A stretch of 64,000 nucleotides of DNA from Epithemia pelagica (lineage: Eukaryota > Protista > Bacillariophyta), in contig OX337228.1 of NCBI GenBank assembly GCA_946965045.2, forward strand, positions 682,001 through 746,000. Reading direction: 5' to 3'. Both the position numbers and the translations under genes were made by a program. The notes beneath the pieces were generated by a model, which saw nothing but the letters and a program-made list of their open reading frames with translations, was not told the DNA's origin and did not search any database. Positions 9,119 to 19,891 of the stretch are shown here, in pieces. Position 1 is the first letter of the stretch, and each line of letters starts with the position of its first letter.

Positions 9119-12100
9119 TTACCATCCTTGTATGCTCTCGCGATGTTTCTCGAACGATGATTCGTTGAGGGATTTAGTGAAGATATCTGCGGTCTGATCG
9201 TCTGTCGCGCACGGGTGAATCTCGGTCTCTTTTCGTTCCACAAAAGATTTAAAATGGAACAACTTGGTGCACAGATACCGTGTTCTGGGTCTGTACTTGT
9301 ATATTGTTGCGAGTTCAACTGCACCACTGTTATCTTCGAAGGCCTTGCAGTGTATATTGGGCGTCGTGGAGAGAATAGGGAATCCCAAAACCTTCATCTC
9401 ACGAGTGATGGCCATCAATGGAATGACGGTACGTAGCGCGTGCGACAAACTGATGATCTCTGCTTCTGTGGTTGATAAGGCTATCTCTGACTGCAGTTTT
9501 GATTGCCAGAGGATGGGGCAACCTGCGTAGAAGACCACAAATCCCGTTCGAGACCGAGCCATGTCCTTGTTTGGGTGGTCGAGTTTGTTAAAAATTCCTG
9601 CAAAGTCCGCGTCGGCGAACACTTGGAAAGATTTCGTGGTGTCGGGTTTGAGTATCACTCCTTGCTTTCTTGTCCCTGCGAGATAACGTGCTATGTGTTT
9701 GACGGCTTTCCCATGAATTGCTTTAGGGTTTTCGCAAAATCTAGCGCATTGGTGGACGGCAAAACTAATATCTGGTCTCGTGCTCTTTTCCAGGAAGTTG
9801 AGTTTCCCGATCGCCGACCTGTAATGGAAATGGTGATCAAATGCTTTCCCGTCTTGGTCTTGTCTCAAGCGTACTGTGGTAGGTGCCGGTGTTTCTTTCT
9901 TCTTTGTTGATTCGTCGGCAAGGTGAAGATCTTGGAGGATTGAGTCAATTAAATGTGGTTGAGTCAAGTGGATGGTGCCATCCTCTTTTCTGTCGATGTT
10001 GACCCCAAGAAAATCGTTGACTCCGTCTTCATAGGTCATTTTCAGACCACTATTCTCCATTGTAACAATCAACCGGTCGAGTTCTTCTTTGTCGGGACCC
10101 AACAATAAGGAATCGTCCGTATACAAAATGTATACGCATTTACCATGATAAAAGAGGCACTCGTCGTGTGCACTTTGTTGGAAACCGACTTGCTTAAGTC
10201 GTTCCACGAGATGTTGATTCCATACTCGGGCACCCTGCTTCTGCCCATAGTAATTTTGCTTGATCTTGAGGATGTAGTCTTCTGCTCGCTGGTTTCCTTT
10301 TGTATCGAAGGTGAAGCTTTTCGGCGCTTCCATATACATATCAGTCTCGGCGACTGCTTGAGTATATGCCAGCACATAATCTACCTGTTTGATGTGCCAT
10401 CCTTGTGTGAGTGCCATAGTCAGGATGAATCTCACGACGGGCCTTTGAATCACGGATGCGTAGGTCTCCCAAGAGTTAACCCCCTTTTCTTGCATGGACC
10501 CATCATATGCCAACCTGGATTTCCATTTGTAGACTTCTCTTGTTTTTAGTCTTCTCTTTCGGACGCAACTCCACACTCCTCGAGAGATTAGCGCTCCTTT
10601 CGGAATGTCCTTTCGCTTGACCACCTCCCATAGCCCATTATCGCTATGATCTTGTACTTCTTTCTGTGCTGCCTTTATGAATTCTGCTTGATCCTCTTGT
10701 TTCATTGCTTCATGCCAGTACATAACATCTGGATTGCTGTTAGCTTGAGCCGTATTGACTGTCACTGATGGTTTAGCTGTGATAGCTACTTCTCCGATCG
10801 CGTCTTCGGGTTCTTGGAGCGAAGTCAAGTAGTCTTGATATCGTTGTGTTCGACGAGGAGTACGTTGGGAACGCCTAGCTCCCTCATGCTCTGGCATAGT
10901 TTCTCGTTCTTCCATAGGCGGGTTAGCATCGTTAGTTTGGTCCCTGTCTTCGGGTATCGTAACGTCGGTCTCACGTCGTGATGATGTCGTTGTACTTCTG
11001 AATTCCACGCGTGGTTGATTCTCCCTCATGCGTGGCTTGGATTTTGTGAACCCTGCCTTATACTGCCATTAAGATATTGGTTGGGCCTCTCCAAAACTTT
11101 TGCGTATGGTCTCAAATTGGTCATCGTATTGAACGTGAAATTGAGGTGACGTCAATCCGGAAGAGAGTGATAAGATAAGTCCGATTGTCCTTGCATGTTG
11201 GGGAGAATAGCCCAAGAAAATGCCAACTCGAGCTCGTTCAGACCATTTGGGAATTGGAGTTCCGCTTTGTAATTCGTTGTCGAGTACGTATGCTGGGCAT
11301 CCGAACGTATGTGCGAGTCTTGTATTGAATCTTACTGTTGAACCTGTAAATAGTTCCATTGGCGTCTTTTCTTTGTGTTTCTTCATTGGTGCCTCATTGA
11401 ACATGTCGTTCGCATATCGCACCGCGTAGGGCCATAAGTTCGTCGTCACTGTAGTAGGCCAGCGTCGTTGGGCGTGTATCAGCATTGTTCTTCCTGATTC
11501 TTGTAGTTCTCTAATACGTCGTTTGGCCATGCCACTTTGAAAGTGAGCATTAACCCCACTGAAAGTTAATCGTTGGTTCTTCATTTGTACTGCTTCCCGG
11601 AATTTATTGTCGACAAAGATTCCGTTATCGGCGTGATAATGTCGGATCTTGACTCCGTGAGTGTCTGCCCAAGCTTCAAACCGTTCTTTAGCTTCGATCG
11701 TGTCTTTAGCTGATGTACTCCGTTGAAGATGTACATAGCCTACCCCTGAGAAATGGTCGACGAAAACCGTAGCCACCCTATATCGATCCCGTGTGGGAGT
11801 CCCTCGAAGATGCGCAATGTAACCCGGAGTCTTTGATATCATTTGGTCGACCGACACACATTGACCCGGTGACGTCATGGTATCTAGTGTTCCACGGTGA
11901 CCTTTGATTCGCCAGGGTCGTCGCGTCGCTTTCCCGTACATACACGCCGTACAGACCGGGACCTTACAGTTTGCAAGTCGCCTTGGGAGTCCTCCTTGTC
12001 GTGCTAGGCTTTGGATTTTCGCCATCGACAGGTGACCCATTCTATGATGCGTCCGGAGTAACTCGAGCGTTGGACTTTCGGGGAGTACCTCTTCTTCATT

Positions 12101-13114
12101 AGGAATCACATGCACGGTATCGCTGGGGTCTATGAGGAACTCGGTAGTCATCGGTACATCTCTTGTTGGAAAATAATGTTCATTTTGTTCGTCGTCGAGA
12201 TTCTTGTTATTTCCGTCGATGCTCCAGTCGTCTCCCTCATATTGGTCCATTGTTGATGGAGACCGTTCCATGATGGATTCGTTGTCGTCTTCAATGAGGT
12301 TTGCGTTGTTGACCAGCAAGGGCTTGTTGTCCTCTTGTTGGATTGTCGTGCCTGCCTTTTTGCAAAACGCTTCGTATTTTGTGTATCCTGGCGCAGTCGT
12401 AAACTCACCCACATTTGAACCTCGTTGCTTCAATGGAATCGTCCGTTTGAAGAGTCCTTGCCCCCAAATCAATTCAATAGCGTTGCTATATGTCACGCAT
12501 CGTGTTCCTCTCGGCAAGGGTTTGATATCTTTTGCTGTTTGTGCCCAATGTTGGGGCGAAAGCAGTTTGGTTGGAGTCGATGGGATGTAGAAGGACCTTG
12601 GGAGCGTGATCGTATGGATCTTGCCGTCGTCGTCCTCGATATCCCATCGTATCGTCGTCTCGTATATATCTGGTTGATATGTTCCTGCTACTCCCTTGAC
12701 CTTTCGTTTGATTTTGATTGGTTTGGTGCAGCAGTCTTGTATATCATTCGCAATTGACGCGGTTGCGCAATTGTCAATCAAGATTTTCCTGCTGTCGGTA
12801 TCAAATCCGACTTCATGAGCCGCTCGGTGAGTAACTTGTCTGGTTGTCGAAGTCAGTATCGTTGCCATGCATAGTGCCCGGAGGAGTCCTGTATAGTTAG
12901 TTCTCTGTCGTCTCCGGCCATGGTCGATTCTTCGTTTCTTCTTCACTTTGATTTTGGTCGCGAGAGAGGTCGCTATGGAGTCGCATAGCCTTTGGACGTA
13001 TTCTAGGACTGACTCCAGGTGGTAGCACCTAGGACACCATAGCCCATAGCACAGCATAGTGTAACTTGATAAAAGGATCGTCACTAATACTGTGTAAACG
13101 AGCTGCTTGATCAT
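9119..13114 (-). pseudogene. pol: pol (PR-IN-RT-RNase H) of copia 1 with an in-frame TAA at 11069-11071 and integrase E->K
   Basis: The two track ORFs are in one frame; motifs ILIDNCATA (PR), HHRMGH..C..C, SVDQM/HADNG/QSGMAKRRI (IN), YTDDSLL (RT), FADADFAG/FEDNSGA/TADIFTK (RH). Confidence 0.93.
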
Positions 13115-13150
13115 GTCGTGCAGCCCGGGGAACCATCCCAGGTTTGGTTG

Positions 13151-14407
13151 TCACTCGTCGGTGCTGTTGTCGCTGTCATCGTCTTCATCGTGGGTAGCAC
13201 CGGCTAAGGCGCTAGCAAGGCGGAGTCCTGGGTTCGTTCCCGTGTTCTCAGACGTGGTACCATCTCCGTTCTCGTGGGCTGCGTCGTAGGCCCGTTTCTT
13301 ATCTCCTGTCAGACCACGTCCGTTACACGTTGCGGACGTGTGGTTTTTGTTGGTCGACCACTTTCCGTGCCACTTACACCAGTACCACATTTTTCTGTTG
13401 ACTTCTTTCGTCTCGGACTGACCACTCTTTGGTCCCACCGTAAGCCAGGCCTTATCGTTGTCAGTTGCCTTGTCCGTCTTCCCTTTGCTTGTCTGTTTCT
13501 TCTGGTCACTGGGGTTAGTCTTGCGTTTCTGTTCCTTGAGTTCATTCACGGATGCTTCAAGTGCGATCAATTTCTGGTCGCGTGCCGAGAGAGCCTGCCA
13601 TTTCTTCTGTTCCACGAGCGTCTGGTACTTGGTGCGAGCAACGCTCATTAGTTGACGCGGGGTCAGTCCTGGATTATCTCCTTCTTCATACGCGTTCTTC
13701 TTGCGACGAATGAACTCGAGAAAGTTATCGTCGTTCACGGTTTCGTACGCCTTAAATAGGATCGGTAGAAGGTCGAGCGTCTGCTCGCCGCGCGCGTTGA
13801 GAGCCCGAAGAGTCTCGTCTACATAGAAGTTAAACTTGGCGATGTCCGCGTTCACATCCATAATATAGATGTGGAGGTCAGCCAGGCGTTGGCGTAGAAC
13901 CATAACGGTGGCTTCGGTGTCCACATGTGCCAACTAGATCAAAACCTTGAGGAGAAGGGGTCCGGAACTACGCCCATTGATAGTGAAGTCTTCGCGTCGA
14001 ATGTTGACCTGTGCCTTGGCGTCGTCGGTAAGTGATGCCATAATGCAAGTGTATGCCATGTATGCATTCTGTGTCTGACGATTGGCTCCATTGAAGTGTT
14101 CAATATAGGCACGGACTTGTTGCAAGGAAACACGACCGTACTCGCTGGTGAGCAAACGAAGATTGGCGGCGGGGGCAGCGATCGTTTCTGGAATTGCGAA
14201 GATCGAGGTCCAGTTTTGTTCAACGATCCTGTCTTGGAGAGTATCGAGGAACGTCTTGAGTCCGTCGGCTTCGAGGTCGTAGAGATCTCCACTATCATAC
14301 AATCCACGAATCGCTTGCTTGTAAAACTTTGCTCCTCCTGCCGTTGTGAAGTTAATCACTTGATTGGCGTTGGCATGAGCGGGTGAAAGGGCAAAATTTG
14401 CGGCCAT
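13151..14407 (-). pseudogene. gag: gag of copia 1 with an in-frame TAG at 13934-13936
   Basis: Two consecutive in-frame ORFs (LLLKVLI*LAHVDTEAT); Cys/His motif near the C-terminus (WYWCKWHGKW...H...C). Confidence 0.85.
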
Positions 14408-14443
14408 GGTGGATGATGAATTGACAACGTTTTAGCTGTAAAC

Positions 14444-14458
14444 AGCGCAGAGGAAGCG
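14444..14458 (-). promoter_or_regulatory. Primer-binding site of copia 1, complementary to the D-arm of initiator tRNA-Met
   Basis: The + strand reads AGCGCAGAGGAAGCG(TG), matching the eukaryotic tRNAiMet D-arm consensus GCGCAGNGGAAGCGYG; abuts the 5' LTR. Confidence 0.65.
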
Positions 14459-14939
14459 TGTTGTTTTCCTGCTACCGTGGGCAACAAGAACGAGCTCAAC
14501 CCGTGTAAAACAAAGTTAAGTTGTGTGCTTAGTCTTTACTTCTACTCGTAGCGATGGCTGTGATCCGTTGGATCATCGGCCGTTGGATAAAGTAGATTGG
14601 AGATCTTTTTGCGATCTTGTTGCAATCTTGGTTTCCTATGTATCGTCGTCCAGCCCGTTCTTGCCTGTCAGAATGTTTAGACGACGACAGTAATGGGATG
14701 CCACAGGATCTTGTTTCTCTATGTATTGGACTGGTTTGGGCCGTTATTGTTGATGACGCGTTGCTCCAAGTGAGACTTGGTCGGCCCATTGGTTCATTTG
14801 TTCTGTTCCTGTCCTCAATGGAATAACGATGGTAAGGTGGTACTCGTCTCTTGTCGGTCGAATCTTCTACTTCCGAATGCCGGTTCCGAATGCTGGTCGC
14901 ACTTCTTCATTCACTGACCATATCTCATTATTTCGAACA
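14459..14939 (-). repeat. 5' LTR of copia 1
   Basis: Direct repeat of 8609-9091. Confidence 0.95.
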
Positions 14940-15675
14940 TAATCTGCGCAAGGTTCCGGCGGCACTTTGTTGGAGAACTTGATCGTTGCGGTAAAGGATT
15001 CCATGGCCACTGTACTGTCCGGATGATGTTGCAGATGTTGCTCCTGTTGACACGAGGGGCTTTTATTTTGGTTGTTGTTGTTTTGTGCCACTACACCTCG
15101 TGCCCTACCAAAAAGTCTTGAAGATTTTGATTGCACGAAATGTTGCGATGACTGTGTGACGAGGTTTCGGCTCCACTGGTTCCATAGTCAATCATGGACG
15201 GTTGTCGTCCACTCAAAGCATCGTCCTTGATTCGAGCCAAATATCGCATGAAATGGATAAAGGACGAATACAAAAGCCGAAACTTTCCATACCGCAGTCG
15301 CAACTCGGACTCGGCCATTACACCCGAAAACATGGATTCGTCACTGCTGCTCGATTCTTCATTCGGATCTTCTTCGACTTGAGCTTTGAAGGGTTCCAAT
15401 AGACAAAGGACTCGCCATAGCTCGGGTTGTCTGGTATAGGTGGCAATCCATTCTTTGGACAGGGGCATTGTCAAGACAGACAAGACTCCAAAAAGATCAA
15501 AATATGGGCCATACGGACCGAACGTCTCTGAGAGGATACACAGATTTGTCGGTTATGGTTCTACAGAAAATCCTCCATTCCCCTCACCCGGTGGTCCCAT
15601 TCTGGGGAACAAACGGCAGCTGCTGCCATCTGGTGCATAGTCGACAGGGAAGGGTGAGAGTGAGACGGATGACAT
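14940..15675 (-). pseudogene. 5' part of a host gene (weak F-box-like segment), with internal stops
   Basis: ATG 15675 is in frame with ORF 15091-15483 across a TAA at 15553-15555; ...KEWIATYTRQPELWRVLCLLEPF resembles an F-box end; continues across the copia insertion. Confidence 0.45.
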
Positions 15676-16024
15676 TAACCCTTTCAGCCCGGCACTTTTT
15701 CATGCCCGGTCACTGACAAATTTGTCATCAAAAATACTTAACAAAATTGCAATCCAATTAACAAATTACCACGTGAGTTTTGACCAACAACTCGTGATTC
15801 AAAAAATGATAACAATATCGCCATTTACCAAAATTGCGATTTTGTAGCGATCATATGTCAATGACTTTCATGTTATAGGACTACTGTTTGTCACCATACA
15901 TCCGTCTTAGTACGTTCTACCAGTTGGTGGTCGGACCACCGCAATCCGGCGCCTACTTCTCGAGTTACATATGTTTTTCATAAAACCACACGCACCTCAT
16001 TCATGTTACAAAGTACTTTCAACC

Positions 16025-18133
16025 ATGGAGAGCACCTCTGATGTCGCCAGAGAGCTCCATTACAACAACGAAGATGATAATGAAGAAGATGACGACCTCA
16101 TCACGAACCTTCACCGAGATGGTAAGGTTCGTCTGAGGGATATAAAGTCGGCTCAGAGAGAGAACCAGTACATCGACAACCAAATTGCCTCTGCCGATCT
16201 ATAACTACATAATCCCAAGGCATGCCAACAAGCCTTCTTGGAATCCGGTCCTTTGGGATTATTCTTCCTATTTATCCCCAAACGATTCATCGACGGTTTC
16301 ATCTTCAAAGCGACGAAAGAAGCCTTGGAAGCCAAACAGAGTGGGCAAAGAACCAAAATTGTTCTTACTACAAAGGCTCTTCGCTGTGTACTGGGGTTGG
16401 ATATAGCGCTTTCGCTCTGTAACTCAACTCAAATGAAGGAATTGTGGAGCACCAAATTATTTCTCGGTTCGTCTGCCTTCTCTTCTACCATGTCTAGAGA
16501 TACATTTGTCACCATCCGAGGATTGCTCCGAATCTATTCACAGTCGATGGCAAGAAATCCAGACGACCCTATGTGGACCTGTCGAGCTGCTATGTCCCAC
16601 ATACTCCGGAACTTCAGTTCCGTTGCTCAGCCAGTTGGTCCGGTTGCATTGGACGAGGCAAGCTGTCCTACGAAAGCAAAAACACGGGCCTCTACCTACA
16701 TACCGTCGAAGCCTGACAAATTTGCAATTCGTTTTTACGCCGTTGTTGGGTGGAGTTATACATACACATTCGGCCTTTTTGACAATGGTTCTGGTAATAT
16801 GACCAGTCAAACTCCGGCTGAGCGATATTTGAAGATCTTTGGAGAGTTGACATCCTCATTCAATCAACTCTGTCAAGCCACCAAAAGTCGTATTCGCAAT
16901 GCCTGTCCTGTGGCCGTGGACTCCGCCATCATGTTATGGGTCCTAATGATGGGCCTCTTGTACCGAGCTCTTATTGCTGCCAACGCCGTACGGCCGAGGG
17001 AATCAATGCCGCAAAGTGTTGTCTATATGGATAATTTCTATACCAGACACAGTCTGGCTCGAGCGATCGACGAATACACGGATGGGAATATCAAGGTAAC
17101 TGGTACAGTTCGATTGAACTTGGTCGACAAAGTCAACAAGAACAATGTTACCACGGCGATCAAGTATTTAGAGAATAAAGATCGAGGTTCCTGGGTATTG
17201 GTCAAGGCTTTCACTGGTGTTGTGCATCCAGACCGAAGCAAGCAACAGGCCAAAGAGAAGACAAAGGAGTATGCCAAGACTCTCCCTCTAATGAAAGTTG
17301 GCTTTGAGGTAGCGGACATTATCGAGATCGAAAAGGAATACGCCATTGCAGCGGATTGTTGTGGCTACATCGTATATCTCGATAAAAAGCCAGTGGTGTT
17401 TTACACTAATGATTTCTTTGGAACACCGTCCAAGACCTCCTTATATCAAGACGATCCGGAAGCCATTGAAAAGGTTCATGGCTTAGCGACAATGTGGCGC
17501 TGGGTTGGTCATTCTCTTCACATTCGAGCTTCCTTTAGAGCTCCTGCACCGGTTGTGGCATACAATCTTTTCATGAATGGGGTCGACAGGGCCGACCAGA
17601 TGAGAACTACCAACGCCTGTAAACGAAAAGAAACTGTACTGTCGATCCAAGTGTGGCACTTTCTCCAAGATATTTGCATCCTAAATGCATTCAATGTCTA
17701 CCTGAAGCTTAGGGAGATGAAACTTATCGAAGTCGAAGAAAAAGACGACACAGAAGAAGGTAATGACGAAGAAGGAGATGGGGTGGAGAAGCTATCTACG
17801 GCCAGGAAGCTCCGTGATTTCAAGAGGCAACTGGCATGTTCTCTCTGCACTCCGTATGCAGAGATTTATCAACAAAGCAGGAAAGCTCCGAAGTCGTCTC
17901 GGAAAAGGGGGACACCTTCCACAAGTGGTTCCTCAGTTCCAGCATCTGCCATCAGGATGAGACAATTGCAGGACAACGACAATATCTTAGTTGTTCGGAT
18001 CGGAAGGATCATTATCGTCCGTAAGAACCTTCTTGTCCTCTTCTATCATTTGTTGGACGTCATGCTCAATGACCTTCTTGTTGATTTCCAAAAGATCAAT
18101 GGGCTTGCCATTCGCTTCAGCGTCGAGGACTAA
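16025..18133 (+). pseudogene. piggyBac (DDE_Tnp_1_7-type) transposase with a premature TAA at 16202-16204 and no Cys-rich C-terminal domain
   Basis: Motifs VALDEAS, SKPDKFAIRFYA, VYMDNFYT, YNLFMNGVDRADQ; ORFs 15971-16204 and 16238-18133 share a frame. Confidence 0.9.
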
Positions 18134-18295
18134 CTTGGTGCCAAGAGGACTGAGGAACAAAGGGGAGGAAGCAGCCTTGCATTCATTCTTGAATGTCTTC
18201 TCATCGTCTTCTTCTAGGAACAAGCATTTCGCTTCCGACTGTGGGGTGGTCTGTTTATATCGTTTGGTACGACGTTGGTGAGCTGGAGAGTCCAT
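17987..18295 (-). CDS. Small antisense ORF inside the piggyBac (102 aa, charged/helical)
   Basis: ATG start about 200 bp from the right TIR; protein-like composition, while the overlapping transposase frame reads as junk. Confidence 0.35.
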   Translation of the reverse strand: MDSPAHQRRTKRYKQTTPQSEAKCLFLEEDDEKTFKNECKAASSPLFLSPLGTKLVLDAEANGKPIDLLEINKKVIEHDVQQMIEEDKKVLTDDNDPSDPNN

Positions 18296-19702
18296 GGTCC
18301 TTGAACAAGAGACGGTGAAAGAAGAAGATCGACAAATGAGTCTTGGGTTGCAGGTCCCTATAGATTATTTGTACGTGTAAGTACGTGGATTGATACACCC
18401 ATAGAGTATTTAGACTTTTTTGTTAAGTAGTTGCTGCGGTCACTAAAAAAGTGAAATGACTGACATCAGAAAATTGAGTTGCCGGGCTGAAAGGGTTAAC
18501 TTGCATATACGCATCAACACATCTTTCTTGCGATGCAGATTCCTGTATCGACGCTGGGAAACAAAGGACAGCTGATTCCAATCACAACAATTATTCTGTC
18601 GCCATCGACTCTTTTCCTCTGAAACACACTTCTCAAGGAACACTACACGAGCTTCCTGTCGTCGTATAAAGTGACATCAAGAAACAACATGGTGTGCGAT
18701 TCCACACAAACACGTAATGGAACACAACAAAAGGAGGAAGAAGCAAGAGTTCCTTGGTGGAACGGATCCTTCCCTGTCGTGCTTTCCGGTACTAGTAGTA
18801 GAAGAAGACAGGAACATTTCACGAAACTTGGACGTTGGGTGGGCGCTCCAGCACACACTCTTGGATCATTCCCCCATTGGGATGCGTATGACAACCACAG
18901 CCACAACCACAAGGAACCACCCGTCGAGACTGTCTTCTTGAGTGGTTCTTACAAACTCTTTGTCTTGCGGTCACCATGAATGACTGGCCGACTCTTGGTC
19001 ACCGTCTTTGTGGGTAACAAAACGGTCAAGGGGAGTGCCAGGCACAACCAGTGAATGCACGAGCAAGGATTGAGGATCAGGTTCATAATCCTTCTTCTTC
19101 TACCACTGGACTGACGAGAATGAGGTACAACAGCAACAACAAGGAGGGTACACCATGGATTGGACCAATCGCTCCACGGCCAAACCAAAACACAGCCAAT
19201 CCAAATGGTACTTCACAAGACTGTTGGAGGTTGGTCCCTCTTGTCATTCTCCTCCTCCGACCACCAGACGGAGAATGGGATGAACACTAATGGCTTGGAC
19301 GAGGAATCCTACCATGGTGCTTCGTATAGGGCACTGCATGCACGGAAATACGGGGATATTCCAAATGATATACAAGTTGTGACTAAAGGTCCTCGTCGTC
19401 TTGTGGTGCAGGAGGAAGAAAAGAAGTCGACCGAATCGTGGTTTCTGCTTTAACAGAAGTCATGACCATCATGTTGTTGTTCCCCCACTGATGGATTCTT
19501 GTCATCGTGCCGCCTGTAAAAGTAGAACGACACCAAGATATTGTTATGCACTCGTTTCGTTCCTAAGAGAACACAGCAGCAGCAACCTTGGATCGTTTGC
19601 TCGTCTGCCTGAGATGGGATGTTGTATTCTTGCAATGATGCGGTTGCAACTTACCCCAAACAGGGGCGACCCGGTCAGTCGCACCTAGTGTTGCATTCCC
19701 TT

Positions 19703-19832
19703 ACTCACCCCCGGGTGAGAACCAGAGTGCAGCTTTTTTCCGACTGAGGCCTGCGGGACTCACTCACCCCCGCTGAGAACCAGAGTCCGGTTTTTTCCGA
19801 CTGAGGCCTGCGGGACTCACTCACCCCCGCTG
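19703..19832. repeat. 57-59-bp tandem repeat (2.2 copies)
   Basis: ACTCACCCCCG..GAGAACCAGAGT...CCGACTGAGGCCTGCGGGACTC at 19703, 19762 and 19819. Confidence 0.9.
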
Positions 19833-19891
19833 GGGGGTAGGTTGCAACTCCCGATCCGTCATCTCAAACTAATTACAGAGTACTACCTCTA

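Larger units (their letters stand above)
8609..14939 (-). mobile_element. Ty1/copia LTR retrotransposon 1 (CoDi-like), full-length but defective
   Basis: TG...CA LTRs of 483/481 bp differing by about 1 substitution plus a 2-bp indel; PPT GAGAGGGAG; domain order gag-PR-IN-RT-RH; TSD TAATCT (8603-8608 / 14940-14945). Confidence 0.97.
15679..18495 (+). mobile_element. Canonical piggyBac DNA transposon
   Basis: TTAA TSDs (15675-15678, 18496-18499); 16-bp TIR CCCTTTCAGCCCGGCA. Confidence 0.97.

Noticed and set aside
18500-19690. Short ORFs right of the piggyBac
   Set aside because: No motif or consistent frame; cannot support a gene call.
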